A stretch of 64,000 nt of DNA from Clostridia bacterium. GTDB lineage: Bacteria > Bacillota > Clostridia > Christensenellales > QALW01. A model generated the notes under the pieces. The model ran no database searches, was not told where the DNA came from, and saw nothing but the letters and a program-made list of their open reading frames with translations. The stretch is from positions 481 through 64,480 of the forward strand of contig JAFXDC010000065.1 in the NCBI GenBank assembly GCA_017516345.1, in the 5' to 3' direction. Of this stretch, positions 8,491 through 17,435 are shown one piece after another. Both the position numbers and the translations under genes were made by a program. Within the stretch, counting starts at the first letter, position 1; each line of letters starts with the position of its first letter.

Positions 8491-9276
8491 ATGAAATTGA
8501 TCATCAAAGAAAACTACGAAGAAATGAGCCTTTGGGCGGCTCAGCATATAGCCGATGCTATAAATAATCATAAAGAGGAGCGCCCGTTCGTGTTGGGTCT
8601 TCCTACAGGATCTTCTCCTCTCGGAGTTTATAGGAATCTTATCAAAATGAACAAGGAGGGCAAGGTAACCTTTAAAAACGTAGTTACCTTTAATATGGAC
8701 GAGTACGTTGGCCTTCCAAGAGAGCATGATCAGAGCTATTGGTATTTCATGCATGATAATTTCTTTGATCATATAGATATCCCTGCAGAAAACGTAAATA
8801 TCCTTAACGGTATGGCAGAGGATCTTGAGGCTGAATGCAAGCGCTACGAGGATAAGATAGCCTCCTACGGCGGAATCGACCTGTTCCTTGGCGGTAGCGG
8901 AGTGGATGGTCACATTGCCTTTAACGAGCCCTTTACCTCTCTTACCTCAAGAACGGGAGTGCGTGCTCTTACCGAGGACACCTTGATAGTTAACTCTCGC
9001 TTTTTTGGAAATGACGTAAATAAGGTGCCTAAGACCGCACTTTCGGTAGGCGTCGGTACGGTTTGCGATTCAAAGCAGGTGCTGCTTGTGATCAACGGAC
9101 ATAATAAGGCCCGTGCGCTTCGCCATTGCGTTGAGGGCGGCGTTGACCATGCATGGACAATAAGTGCTCTTCAGCTTCACCCTGACGGGATCATCGCTTG
9201 CGATGAGGCCGCTTGCGGAGAATTGAAGGTGGATACCTACAAATACTTCAAGGAGATCTACAAAAACGAAAAATAA
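8491..9276 (+). CDS. nagB: Glucosamine-6-phosphate deaminase
   Basis: 261 aa. '[19 protein letters not shown]...FNMDEYVGL...[14 protein letters not shown]' is typical of NagB. RBS AAGGAG. Confidence 0.9.
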   Translation: MKLIIKENYEEMSLWAAQHIADAINNHKEERPFVLGLPTGSSPLGVYRNLIKMNKEGKVTFKNVVTFNMDEYVGLPREHDQSYWYFMHDNFFDHIDIPAENVNILNGMAEDLEAECKRYEDKIASYGGIDLFLGGSGVDGHIAFNEPFTSLTSRTGVRALTEDTLIVNSRFFGNDVNKVPKTALSVGVGTVCDSKQVLLVINGHNKARALRHCVEGGVDHAWTISALQLHPDGIIACDEAACGELKVDTYKYFKEIYKNEK

Positions 9277-9283
9277 CCTAAAG

Positions 9284-9308
9284 GAAGCGGGCGACCGCTT
9301 CTTTTTTT
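9284..9308 (+). terminator. nagB terminator
   Basis: gaagcgg gcga ccgcttc followed by T7. Confidence 0.75.
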
Positions 9309-9377
9309 ATTTCAGATCTTCTTTTTTGTTTAGATATTATTAAAGCAGAAAAATAAAAAAATTCTCTTGACAAATGC

Positions 9378-9419
9378 ACTCTAATGCGTTAGACTATAAT
9401 CACTCTAATGAGTTAGAGT
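9378..9419. promoter_or_regulatory. Two tandem 18-bp dyads, candidate BlaI-family operators
   Basis: ACTCTAA-tgcg-TTAGAcT (9378-9395) and ACTCTAA-tgag-TTAGAGT (9402-9419), 24 nt apart. A TATAAT hexamer (9395-9400) lies between them, directly upstream of the repressor gene. Confidence 0.5.
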
Positions 9420-9441
9420 ACAATGAGGGGAGGTAAAAAAC

Positions 9442-9804
9442 ATGGAAACGCCCAAGATATTTGAAAGCGAGTACAGGTTCTGCCTTATTCTTTGGGAGCA
9501 CGAGCCCATCAGGAGTGCGGAGCTTGTTGAGCTTTGCAACCAAAAGCTGGGATGGAAGCCCACGACTACATATACCGTGATCAAAAGACTGTCCCAAAGA
9601 GGTGTGGTAAAGAACGAGAAAAGCGTTGTAAGCGCCATTATAAGCAAGGAGGAGGCTCAGGCGGCAGAGATAAGCCGTATGGTGGAAAACACCTTTGAGG
9701 GTTCATTACCCGCCTTTATAGCGGCATTTACGAAGCATCAGAGGCTAAGCGAGGACGATGTCGAAGAGGTAAGCAGGTTGATAGATCACTACAGGAAGGG
9801 GTAG
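9442..9804 (+). CDS. BlaI/MecI/CopY-family winged-helix repressor
   Basis: 120 aa. 'ESEYRFCLILWEHEPIRSAELVE...TTTYTVIKRLSQRGVV' and genetic linkage to an M56 sensor gene. Confidence 0.8.
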   Translation: METPKIFESEYRFCLILWEHEPIRSAELVELCNQKLGWKPTTTYTVIKRLSQRGVVKNEKSVVSAIISKEEAQAAEISRMVENTFEGSLPAFIAAFTKHQRLSEDDVEEVSRLIDHYRKG

Positions 9805-9808
9805 AGCT

Positions 9809-11443
9809 ATGGCGGAGATATTTATCAAGATATTAAATATGAGCATAGCGGCCGGCTATATCATTATTGCGGTATTGATACTCAAGCTATTGCTTAAAAG
9901 GATCCCCAAGTGGATAAATACCCTGCTTTGGGGCTTTGTAGCACTGCGTCTTGTGTGCCCGTTTAATTTTGAAAGCATTCTCAGCCTTATTCCGAGCGCT
10001 CAAACCGTAAGTCCCGACATTATGAACCATACTGCACCCTCGGTGGATTCGGGTATTCCTGCGTTTAATAATGCAGTGAATCCTATAATAGAGCAATCCT
10101 TCGCGCCCAAGGTAGGGGACAGCGTAAATCCATTACAGACAGTGCTTCCCGTTGTGGCCTCGTTGTGGGCGGTGGGTGCCTTGGGCATGCTGATATACGC
10201 CGCAGTAAGCTACGTTATCCTTGCGCGTAGGGTGAGTACCGCAGTAAGGCTTAAGGATAACGTTTATCAAAGCGAAAGAGTTGTCTCACCGTTTGTTCTT
10301 GGAATCTTTAAACCGAGGATATATCTTCCGTACGAGCTTGACGGTGACCATCTTGCCTTAGTGCTTGCGCACGAGCAGGCTCATATTAAAAGATCGGACC
10401 ATATTTGGAAGCCCATAGGCTTTATTTTGTTGGCGTTATATTGGTTTGATCCTCTTATTTGGGTCGCATACGTTATGCTTTGCCGTGACATCGAATTTGC
10501 GTGCGACGAAAGGGTCATAAAGGATATGGACCGTGAAAAGCGAGCGGATTATTTGCAGATACTGCTTGCGCAAAGCGCGAGACAAAGAGTGATCTCGGCT
10601 TGCCCGGTAGCATTTGGAGAGGTAGGTGTAAAAGGAAGAATGAAAAAGATAATCAGTTATAAAAGGCCCTCCTTTTGGGTGATGATATCTGCGGTGCTTT
10701 TGGCTGCAATTATAGCGGTGTGCGGGCTTACTGACCCGATAAGCAAGCGCCTGGGAAGCATTGACGGTCTTAATATTAATTTTGACGCCACGGTGTTTTT
10801 CAGTCACGCCTCTCCCGAAGCCGATATGAATATCGCACAAAAATGCGAGCCAAGCAATATCAGGGAGCTGTTTGACCTTAAGATATCCTCAACTGCGGTG
10901 TCGAACGATCTTAGCGACAACAGGGATAAGACCCATAGCCTCCTGCTTTCATCAAACGGTGATGCCATTGGTGTTTATTTTAACGCTGATTTTACTGCAG
11001 TCTATCTTGGGATCGAGGATAAGCTCACAAGCTCCTATAGGGTCAAGGATCCAAATGCGGCAAGAAGCGTATATTATAAAATAAGCAAAAGGATAAATAT
11101 AGATGCACTCAAGCAAAAATATCCGAGCTGCTTTGAGATATCCACGTTCAAAGGACTTGAGGTATGTATTTGGCAAATGGCGAAGGATTCCTATTACTGC
11201 TTGCTGTTGCCCGGAAAAAACAGCATATATACAAATCAAGAGCTGTGGAGTATGCATAACAATGCGGTAAGGCTTTCGGATATGCAAAGGATAATTACCT
11301 ACTATATCTTAGTAGGAGAGGTGGAGCGCGACGAGGTTTTCATCCATCCCATAACAATGCCGCATTCAAGCTATGCATATAATATTGATGGTGATTACGT
11401 CGAAAAAGTAAATAACATCTTTTGGTCGGAGATATCTTACTAA
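9809..11443 (+). CDS. BlaR1/MecR1-like M56 membrane metalloprotease sensor with a non-PBP C-terminal domain
   Basis: 544 aa. N-terminal TM helices and the zinc motif 'LAHEQAHIKRSDHIWK'. The C-terminal ~250 aa show no SxxK/penicillin-binding signature. Confidence 0.75.
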   Translation: MAEIFIKILNMSIAAGYIIIAVLILKLLLKRIPKWINTLLWGFVALRLVCPFNFESILSLIPSAQTVSPDIMNHTAPSVDSGIPAFNNAVNPIIEQSFAPKVGDSVNPLQTVLPVVASLWAVGALGMLIYAAVSYVILARRVSTAVRLKDNVYQSERVVSPFVLGIFKPRIYLPYELDGDHLALVLAHEQAHIKRSDHIWKPIGFILLALYWFDPLIWVAYVMLCRDIEFACDERVIKDMDREKRADYLQILLAQSARQRVISACPVAFGEVGVKGRMKKIISYKRPSFWVMISAVLLAAIIAVCGLTDPISKRLGSIDGLNINFDATVFFSHASPEADMNIAQKCEPSNIRELFDLKISSTAVSNDLSDNRDKTHSLLLSSNGDAIGVYFNADFTAVYLGIEDKLTSSYRVKDPNAARSVYYKISKRINIDALKQKYPSCFEISTFKGLEVCIWQMAKDSYYCLLLPGKNSIYTNQELWSMHNNAVRLSDMQRIITYYILVGEVERDEVFIHPITMPHSSYAYNIDGDYVEKVNNIFWSEISY

Positions 11444-11538
11444 ATGCATAATCACATAATTTTTAGGTATTAATATGCAATTTGAGCGTAAAAATCAGCA
11501 TGATAGTAATAAATATTTATTACTATGCAAAATTTTTC

Positions 11539-11568
11539 TTGACATATGCATATAGCGGGTGTTAAAAT
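11539..11568 (+). promoter_or_regulatory. Promoter of the T-box leader
   Basis: TTGACA (11539-11544), 18-nt spacer, TGtTAAAAT (extended -10, hexamer 11563-11568). Confidence 0.6.
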
Positions 11569-11574
11569 ACCCTT

Positions 11575-11846
11575 GTAAATGCGATTGAGCAAGAACAAGT
11601 AGGCTATGGCAGAACCTTAAAGAGAGTTGTCGGTTGGTGCAAGACGATGGGGGAGCTTTGGTTGAATTCATCTTGTCAGCAGTGCACCGAACGTATTCAA
11701 GTAGGCTGCAACGGGTGTTCCCGTAACAGAACAAGGGTGTTGCTTGACACTCTAAAAGGTCGTGATCGTGAGAGAGCGATAAATTGAGGTGGTACCACGG
11801 GTCTTCTCGTCCTCTGTATTCTGTTTTGAATATAGAGGACTTTTTT
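11575..11846 (+). promoter_or_regulatory. T-box riboswitch leader, probable Phe (UUC) specifier
   Basis: Stem I start tgcgattgagcaagaa, AG box agagag (11621-11626), distal-loop ggtgcaag. Specifier-loop context gaa-TTC-atcttgtcagca (UUC at 11667-11669) parallels what I recall as glyQS 'GAA-GGC-ACUUCGAGCA'. T-box sequence aaattgaggtggtaccacgg (11781-11800). Terminator gtcctct...agaggac + T6 (11809-11846). Confidence 0.85.
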
Positions 11847-11893
11847 GTATTTAAAACGGAGCAAAATTTTCGTAAATGAAAGGAATTTGCAAA

Positions 11894-13201
11894 ATGTCAC
11901 AGAATTACTACCAAAAAGAAATTGAGACCATGCCTGTCGAGGAAATGAAAAAGCTTCAATCGGACAAGCTGGTAAAGCAGGTAAAGCACGTATACGACAA
12001 CGTGCCATATTACCGTGATCTGATGGATCAAAAAGGGGTTAAGCCTGAGGATATTAAGGGTATTGAGGATCTTTATAAGCTGCCGTTTTTGACCAAGGCC
12101 GACCTCAGAGATGCTTATCCCTACGGTCTGCTTGCCAAGCCCCTGGAGGACTGCGTTCGCATTCAGTCCACCTCGGGAACCACGGGCAGACGTGTAGTTG
12201 CATTTTATACTCAAAAGGATATCGACCTTTGGGAGGATTGCTGTGCGCGCGCTATCGTTGCGGCAGGCGGAACTAAGGCAGACGTATGTCAGGTGGCCTA
12301 CGGATACGGTCTTTTTACGGGCGGCCCGGGGCTTAACGGCGGATCTCACAGAGTAGGATGCCTCACCCTTCCCATGAGCTCGGGAAATACCGAGCGCCAG
12401 ATACAGTTTATGATGGATCTTAACGCTACCATCATCTGTTGCACACCGTCCTATGCGGCATATATCGGTGAATCCTTAAAGGAGCAGGGCTATAAGCCGG
12501 AGGATATTCCGCTTAAGGCCGGTATTTTCGGCGCAGAGCCCTGGACGGAGGAGATGCGCCGCGGTATTGAGCAGACGCTGGGCATCAAAGCCTATGATAT
12601 CTATGGTCTTACCGAGACGTCGGGCCCCGGTGTATCCTTTGAGTGCAGTGAGCAGACCGGTATGCATATAAATGAGGATCACTTCCTTGCCGAGATAATC
12701 GATCCCGAGACCGGAGAGGTGCTTCCCGAGGGGGAAAAGGGAGAGCTGGTATTTACCTCGCTTGATAAGGAGGCGTTTCCGCTTCTTCGTTACCGTACAC
12801 GCGATATCTGCGTGCTTTCCCGTAAAAAATGCTCCTGCGGACGTACACTTATCAAAATGGCAAAGCCTATGGGAAGAACCGACGACATGCTCATTATCCG
12901 TGGCGTAAACGTGTTCCCAAGCCAGATAGAAACCGTTCTTTTGAACGAGGGATATCAACCCAATTATCAGATTATCGTTGACAGAGAGAATAATACCGAT
13001 ACCTTTGACGTAAACGTAGAAATGAACCCCGAGCAGTTTACCGACAAGGTAAGTCAGATCCTTGCGATGGAGAAATCCCTTGCAAATGCCATGAAGACCA
13101 TGCTGGGCATCAATCCCAAGATACACCTTGTTGCACCTAAGAGCATTGTACGAAGCGAAGGTAAAGCGGTTCGTGTAATAGATAAACGTAAGCTGATCTG
13201 A
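11894..13201 (+). CDS. Phenylacetate-CoA ligase family (PaaK-like adenylate-forming enzyme)
   Basis: ORF 11876-13201, ATG 11894 behind GAAAGGAA. 'IQSTSGTTGRRVV', 'YGLTETSGPG' and the C-terminal 'RGVNVFPSQIE' match the PaaK family as I recall it. Confidence 0.8.
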   Translation: MSQNYYQKEIETMPVEEMKKLQSDKLVKQVKHVYDNVPYYRDLMDQKGVKPEDIKGIEDLYKLPFLTKADLRDAYPYGLLAKPLEDCVRIQSTSGTTGRRVVAFYTQKDIDLWEDCCARAIVAAGGTKADVCQVAYGYGLFTGGPGLNGGSHRVGCLTLPMSSGNTERQIQFMMDLNATIICCTPSYAAYIGESLKEQGYKPEDIPLKAGIFGAEPWTEEMRRGIEQTLGIKAYDIYGLTETSGPGVSFECSEQTGMHINEDHFLAEIIDPETGEVLPEGEKGELVFTSLDKEAFPLLRYRTRDICVLSRKKCSCGRTLIKMAKPMGRTDDMLIIRGVNVFPSQIETVLLNEGYQPNYQIIVDRENNTDTFDVNVEMNPEQFTDKVSQILAMEKSLANAMKTMLGINPKIHLVAPKSIVRSEGKAVRVIDKRKLI

Positions 13202-13215
13202 AAGGAGTAGTAGAT

Positions 13216-13647
13216 ATGTCAATAAAGCAGTTGACCGTATTTGTTGAAAATAAGCAGGGAACCATGGTGGCCATCACCGATACTCTTGCAAAGCACAATG
13301 TAAATATCAGAGCCCTTTCCATTGCCGAAACCGAGGCCTTTGGAATACTGAGACTTATCGTAAACGATGAAAAAACCGCAGAAAAGATACTCTCCGAGGA
13401 AGGATATCTCATTAAGATCACCGACGTTATAGGTGTCAAGATAGGGGATGAGCCGGGCAAGCTGTCCGCGGCACTCGGAGTGCTTGACAGAGCGCGTATC
13501 AACCTTGAATATCTGTATGCATTTATGTCGCGCACCGAAAAGCATGCCTATGTTGTTTTGCGAGTGGAGGATAATGCCGCTGCAGAGGCCGAGCTTGTAG
13601 GGGCGGGCTTCCACCTTATCGCGGATGCTGACGTGCTTAAGCTGTAA
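13216..13647 (+). CDS. ACT-domain protein (tandem ACT, PheB-like)
   Basis: 143 aa. 'LTVFVENKQGTMVAITDTLAKHNVNIRALS' is an ACT-type beta-alpha-beta start. In my recollection this is a frequent partner downstream of PaaK-like genes. Confidence 0.6.
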   Translation: MSIKQLTVFVENKQGTMVAITDTLAKHNVNIRALSIAETEAFGILRLIVNDEKTAEKILSEEGYLIKITDVIGVKIGDEPGKLSAALGVLDRARINLEYLYAFMSRTEKHAYVVLRVEDNAAAEAELVGAGFHLIADADVLKL

Positions 13648-13775
13648 GAGCCTGTAGCGGGCTCGCGCGCTTGTCGACCTGTCGACCGACAAGCACAGCT
13701 CGCCGTGCCGCTTGCACTCCTGCCCTTGGCACGCGCAAGCGGCAAACGGTATTACAATGCTTAACAAAAAAACAT

Positions 13776-13805
13776 AAGCGAGCGTTCTTGGGCGCTCGCT
13801 TTTTA
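13776..13805 (+). terminator. Terminator of the paaK-ACT operon
   Basis: aagcgagcg / cgctcgctt stem followed by a T-run. Confidence 0.7.
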
Positions 13806-13813
13806 TACAGTAA

Positions 13814-13842
13814 AAGCTCCGTCCTTCAAACAAACGGAGCTT
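13814..13842 (-). terminator. Hairpin downstream of the 13855-15564 gene
   Basis: aagctccgt / acggagctt 9-bp stem with short T-runs on both strands. Confidence 0.5.
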
Positions 13843-13854
13843 GTTTTACTTTGA

Positions 13855-15564
13855 TCATTTCTCCTGGGAATCAGGGGCAGCCTCGGCCTCGTGGGGTTTG
13901 TTTTTGGCGCTTCTTGCCTTGAATGAGGGAAGTTTAACAAATAAGAACAGTATGCCGCCAAAGAGTAAAATGGCTACGGCTGCCGTTGGAGCGATGGCGT
14001 TTAGTGTTGGGGCAATAAAGCCGGTAACGTATGGGAAGGCGCATATCGCAAGGGATATGATTGCCGACGCGCAAATGATCACGGCGCGGCTTCTGCGCAC
14101 GTTTAGAAGCTGAGCTGAGGCGTAGGCCGAGCCGCAAAGCTCCTCTGCGCGCTTATCCGCACCGATGCCCACCAGAGCGTCCTTTATAAAGCCCTTGCCC
14201 GAGGTTATCTTAATGGAGATATCGGTGGCCTTCTTTAATATTCTTGATGCATTAAGAGGATCCTTCAGCACTGTTAGCTCCAAGGCTGATATCCGGGAGA
14301 GTATCTCGCGCATTTCGTTAAGCGGGGGGATCTTGTCCCATAAGCATATGGCTCCGTCATCAAGCAGGGCGAAATTGCAGCCTTCGCTTTTGATGCTCAC
14401 GCAATAGAACTGCCCCATGCAGTCGACGGGGAGATCGATAAATAGATCGCAAAGTCGACTCTTTATCGTTATGGGACACCCGAAGAGCTCGGAAAGATCC
14501 GCGTTAAGAAGCTTTTCGCGTGCATCGATGGCGTACTTCATGGCGTGGTAATAATGAGTGCTTCCCAGCGCGGGGGATTGTGTTAACGTTATTACGGTCT
14601 TACCGCGACAGATGCTTATCTTTACGCCAAGGGGCATGGAATTATAGCTGTAGGACGGCTGCATATTTCGCATAATGCGTCTTGGAGCATCCACAACGGC
14701 ACTATAGACTATATTGCAGCTTCTGCACTCTGAGGTGCTGAAGCCTTGGATCAGCTGCTCTGCCGATTGCTCGCTTATCAGGGTTATGATTCCGTTGTCG
14801 GCGCTCTTTAAAATTCCCGTGGAGCTTGCGGCACAGTGTATTGCATCAAAACTGCAATCAAGGGTAAAGACACGCGCAGTATCATCACAGCATATAAGCA
14901 GGGAAAAGCCGCATAAGCGGGCAAAAAGCTCGGGACAAGTGCAAGTGGGGCGGTTAAGGATAAGAACTCTTCGCTCCTCAAGAAGTCCGTCCTGCATGGG
15001 AAGCTTGCTTGTAAGCTCGCGACCGTTTTCACAGTCCTTTATATAAAGATCCAGCATGCTCTCGGCCTCCGACCTTGCGGGCTGTGCCGCAGGGATCTTT
15101 GCCGAAACGGGTGCTGTGGCAATGTCCATGCCTTCAAATAAAAGCATGTCCATCATAAACTGACGAAGTATGCTGAAGATTATATCGGTCGCGCGCGCGG
15201 CGTCCTTTTCGTCCCTGATGCCGGTCAACAAATACTCGTGTATTATAGGTAGTGTGTCCACCGATTCTCTGTTAAAGGGAAGCTCTCTTTGCGCAAGGGC
15301 GTCAAGAGCATCGCACAGCATGCCTGCCGCCCTGGGCAGCTTCTGACTTTTTGATACGGTGTCGATAAGATATGCACAGGCGAGCTCGGATAGCGTGGGA
15401 CGTAAGGGGAGATACAAATTCTCCGCAGAGGGAACGCTCTCGTGGTTGCTTATGTAGTGGCGCAACGCCCCGTTGTAGCTCTGACCGCCGTAGCTTATGC
15501 TGTTGTTGTAAAGGATGATGCCCTCCGCGTCGGTGGGCTCGGTTAAATAATAAATAATACGCAT
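13855..15564 (-). CDS. Hypothetical Cys-rich protein with a C-terminal double TM anchor
   Basis: 569 aa with no motif I recognise. C-terminal hydrophobic segments 'AVIICASAIISLAICAFPYV' and 'APTAAVAILLFGGILFLFV'. Bracketed by its own terminator and an AT-rich promoter region. Confidence 0.5.
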   Translation of the reverse strand: MRIIYYLTEPTDAEGIILYNNSISYGGQSYNGALRHYISNHESVPSAENLYLPLRPTLSELACAYLIDTVSKSQKLPRAAGMLCDALDALAQRELPFNRESVDTLPIIHEYLLTGIRDEKDAARATDIIFSILRQFMMDMLLFEGMDIATAPVSAKIPAAQPARSEAESMLDLYIKDCENGRELTSKLPMQDGLLEERRVLILNRPTCTCPELFARLCGFSLLICCDDTARVFTLDCSFDAIHCAASSTGILKSADNGIITLISEQSAEQLIQGFSTSECRSCNIVYSAVVDAPRRIMRNMQPSYSYNSMPLGVKISICRGKTVITLTQSPALGSTHYYHAMKYAIDAREKLLNADLSELFGCPITIKSRLCDLFIDLPVDCMGQFYCVSIKSEGCNFALLDDGAICLWDKIPPLNEMREILSRISALELTVLKDPLNASRILKKATDISIKITSGKGFIKDALVGIGADKRAEELCGSAYASAQLLNVRRSRAVIICASAIISLAICAFPYVTGFIAPTLNAIAPTAAVAILLFGGILFLFVKLPSFKARSAKNKPHEAEAAPDSQEK

Positions 15565-15826
15565 ATTTTTACTCCGTTTCGGCTTTTTTTAAAAGGATAA
15601 CGTCAATTTTTTAATAAATGTGGTTTTATCTTTAAATATATACAAAAACCTCTGTTTTTATTATATCAAATCCCGCATAAAATGCAATAGAAATATTTAA
15701 AGTTATATGTTTCTTTTTGGATTGACTAAGTACGCGTAAAATGGTACAATTATAAAGGGATATTTCGGCAATTATTAACCGCAATGTTCGCTGAATGCTT
15801 AACAATTACTTTCGTGAGGCTTATAT

Positions 15827-16276
15827 ATGGTTTTCTACACCAATTCTTATCAGGAGACAAAGCTGCTTGCAATAAAGGTGGCAAATGCAATAAAAAATGG
15901 CTGCTTTATAGCCTTTAACGGGGATCTCGGTGCGGGTAAGACCGCTTTTGTTACAGGTCTTGCCGAGGGTCTCGGAAGCAAGGAGGCTGTGTCAAGCCCT
16001 ACCTTTGCCTTGCTTAATCAGTATACCGACGGCCGCATCCCGTTGTACCATTTCGATCTGTATCGCATAAACGGCCGGGAAATATATTCACTTGGCTTTG
16101 ACGAGATGTTTTTTGACCCGAGTATTATTTGTTGCGTCGAGTGGAGCGAACGCCTGGAGGAGCAGGATATGCCTCAAAAGCGCATAGAAATAACCATCCT
16201 TAAGCTTGATGGCGACAACCGATGCTTTTCCATAAAGCCGATAGGTTATAAAGAAGGAGAGTTTGAAATATGCTGA
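15827..16276 (+). CDS. tsaE: tRNA t6A37 biosynthesis ATPase TsaE
   Basis: 149 aa. 'GDLGAGKT' P-loop, 'SPTFAL' and 'HFDLYR'. Confidence 0.9.
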   Translation: MVFYTNSYQETKLLAIKVANAIKNGCFIAFNGDLGAGKTAFVTGLAEGLGSKEAVSSPTFALLNQYTDGRIPLYHFDLYRINGREIYSLGFDEMFFDPSIICCVEWSERLEEQDMPQKRIEITILKLDGDNRCFSIKPIGYKEGEFEIC

Positions 16277-16965
16277 TATTGGCTCTTGACACCGCAAGCA
16301 GATATTGCTCGGCGGCAATAATGCGGGATGGAGAAATAATAGCAGAGCAGACCGTCTGCTCGGGACTTGTTCATTCCAGGACCTTGATGGTGTTGGTGGA
16401 TAACGTGCTTAAAAGTGTGGGTCTGAAGGCTGAGGATATCGACCTGTTTGCTTGCTCAAGCGGACCCGGCTCATTTACCGGAATCAGGATTGCGGTAAGC
16501 ACCGTAAAGGGCCTTGCAATAAAGGATAATAAGCCTTGCATAGGGGTAAGCACTCTTCAGGCGGCGGCGGAGGGAGCGGACTGCCCCGACGCGGTGGTAT
16601 GCGCAATACTTGATGCCCGTTGCTCTCAGGTCTATGCCGCGGCATATCGCAACGGCAGTCAAATAATAAAGCCCGAGCCCATGCTGCTTGAGAGTCTGCT
16701 TGACAGGCTTTCCGATGCTGAAAGGGTGGTCTTCTGCGGAGACGGCGTGTCGGTACACCGTGATGCGATATCCGCGCGTCTTGGTGATAAGGCGTATTTT
16801 GCCGCACCTCCGCAAAGATATCAGCGCGCCGCAAGCGTAGCAAGCGTGGCGCAAAGGCTATATAATGAGGGATACAGCACAAACTGCTTTGAGCTTGATG
16901 CCACCTATTTAAGGCTCTCTCAGGCAGAGCGCGAATATGCCGCCAAGCATGGTGCGGATAAATAA
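16270..16965 (+). CDS. tsaB: tRNA t6A37 biosynthesis protein TsaB (YeaZ)
   Basis: 231 aa. 'ILALDTAS...GPGSFTGIRI'. Overlaps tsaE by 7 nt. Confidence 0.85.
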   Translation: MLILALDTASRYCSAAIMRDGEIIAEQTVCSGLVHSRTLMVLVDNVLKSVGLKAEDIDLFACSSGPGSFTGIRIAVSTVKGLAIKDNKPCIGVSTLQAAAEGADCPDAVVCAILDARCSQVYAAAYRNGSQIIKPEPMLLESLLDRLSDAERVVFCGDGVSVHRDAISARLGDKAYFAAPPQRYQRAASVASVAQRLYNEGYSTNCFELDATYLRLSQAEREYAAKHGADK

Positions 16966-16978
16966 AACGGAGATATCC

Positions 16979-17413
16979 ATGATATTTGACGGATTAAAAC
17001 AGGAATATTTGGACGGGATAGTCCAGATAGAAGAGCACTCCTTTTCCCATCCGTGGAGCAGAGGCGCCTTCGAGCGCGAGCTTGAAAACTCGGTCGCGGA
17101 TTATACCGTTGCCGTAAAGGATGGTAGGGTGGTAGCCTATGGCGGACTGTGGAAGATCCTTGACGAGGGTCATATAACCAATATCGCGGTGCATAAGGAT
17201 GAGCGCCGTAAGGGAATTGGGGATGCCTTGCTTAGGCGCATGCTCGAAAAGGGAAGGGAAAACGGCATAAACGCATTTACCCTTGAGGTGCGCATCAGCA
17301 ACCTCGGTGCGCAGGAGCTTTATAAAAAGCACGGCTTCAGAAGCGTGGGCGTGCGCAAAAGGTATTATCCTGATGGTGAAGACGCCATGATATTCTGGCT
17401 TAATTTTGATTAA
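16979..17413 (+). CDS. rimI: Ribosomal-protein-alanine N-acetyltransferase (GNAT)
   Basis: ORF 16937-17413, ATG 16979 behind GGAGA. 'NIAVHKDERRKGIGDALL' is an acetyl-CoA-binding motif. tsaE-tsaB-rimI synteny. Confidence 0.8.
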   Translation: MIFDGLKQEYLDGIVQIEEHSFSHPWSRGAFERELENSVADYTVAVKDGRVVAYGGLWKILDEGHITNIAVHKDERRKGIGDALLRRMLEKGRENGINAFTLEVRISNLGAQELYKKHGFRSVGVRKRYYPDGEDAMIFWLNFD

Positions 17414-17435
17414 ATAATAAAAGGAGGCATATTAT

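Noticed and set aside
8338-8913. 191-aa minus-strand ORF
   Set aside because: It overlaps the nagB start and its AT-rich promoter region. The translation is low-complexity, and nagB is the convincing gene here.
9367-9400. TTGACA ... TATAAT pair upstream of the BlaI-like gene
   Set aside because: The spacer is 22 nt, too long for a canonical sigma-A promoter. Only the -10-like hexamer between the dyads is noted.
12476-13222. 248-aa minus-strand ORF. Similar long antisense ORFs occur at 53771-54490, 57973-58575, 51951-52520 and 47828-48394.
   Set aside because: All lie fully inside well-supported genes on the opposite strand and have no motifs or RBS.
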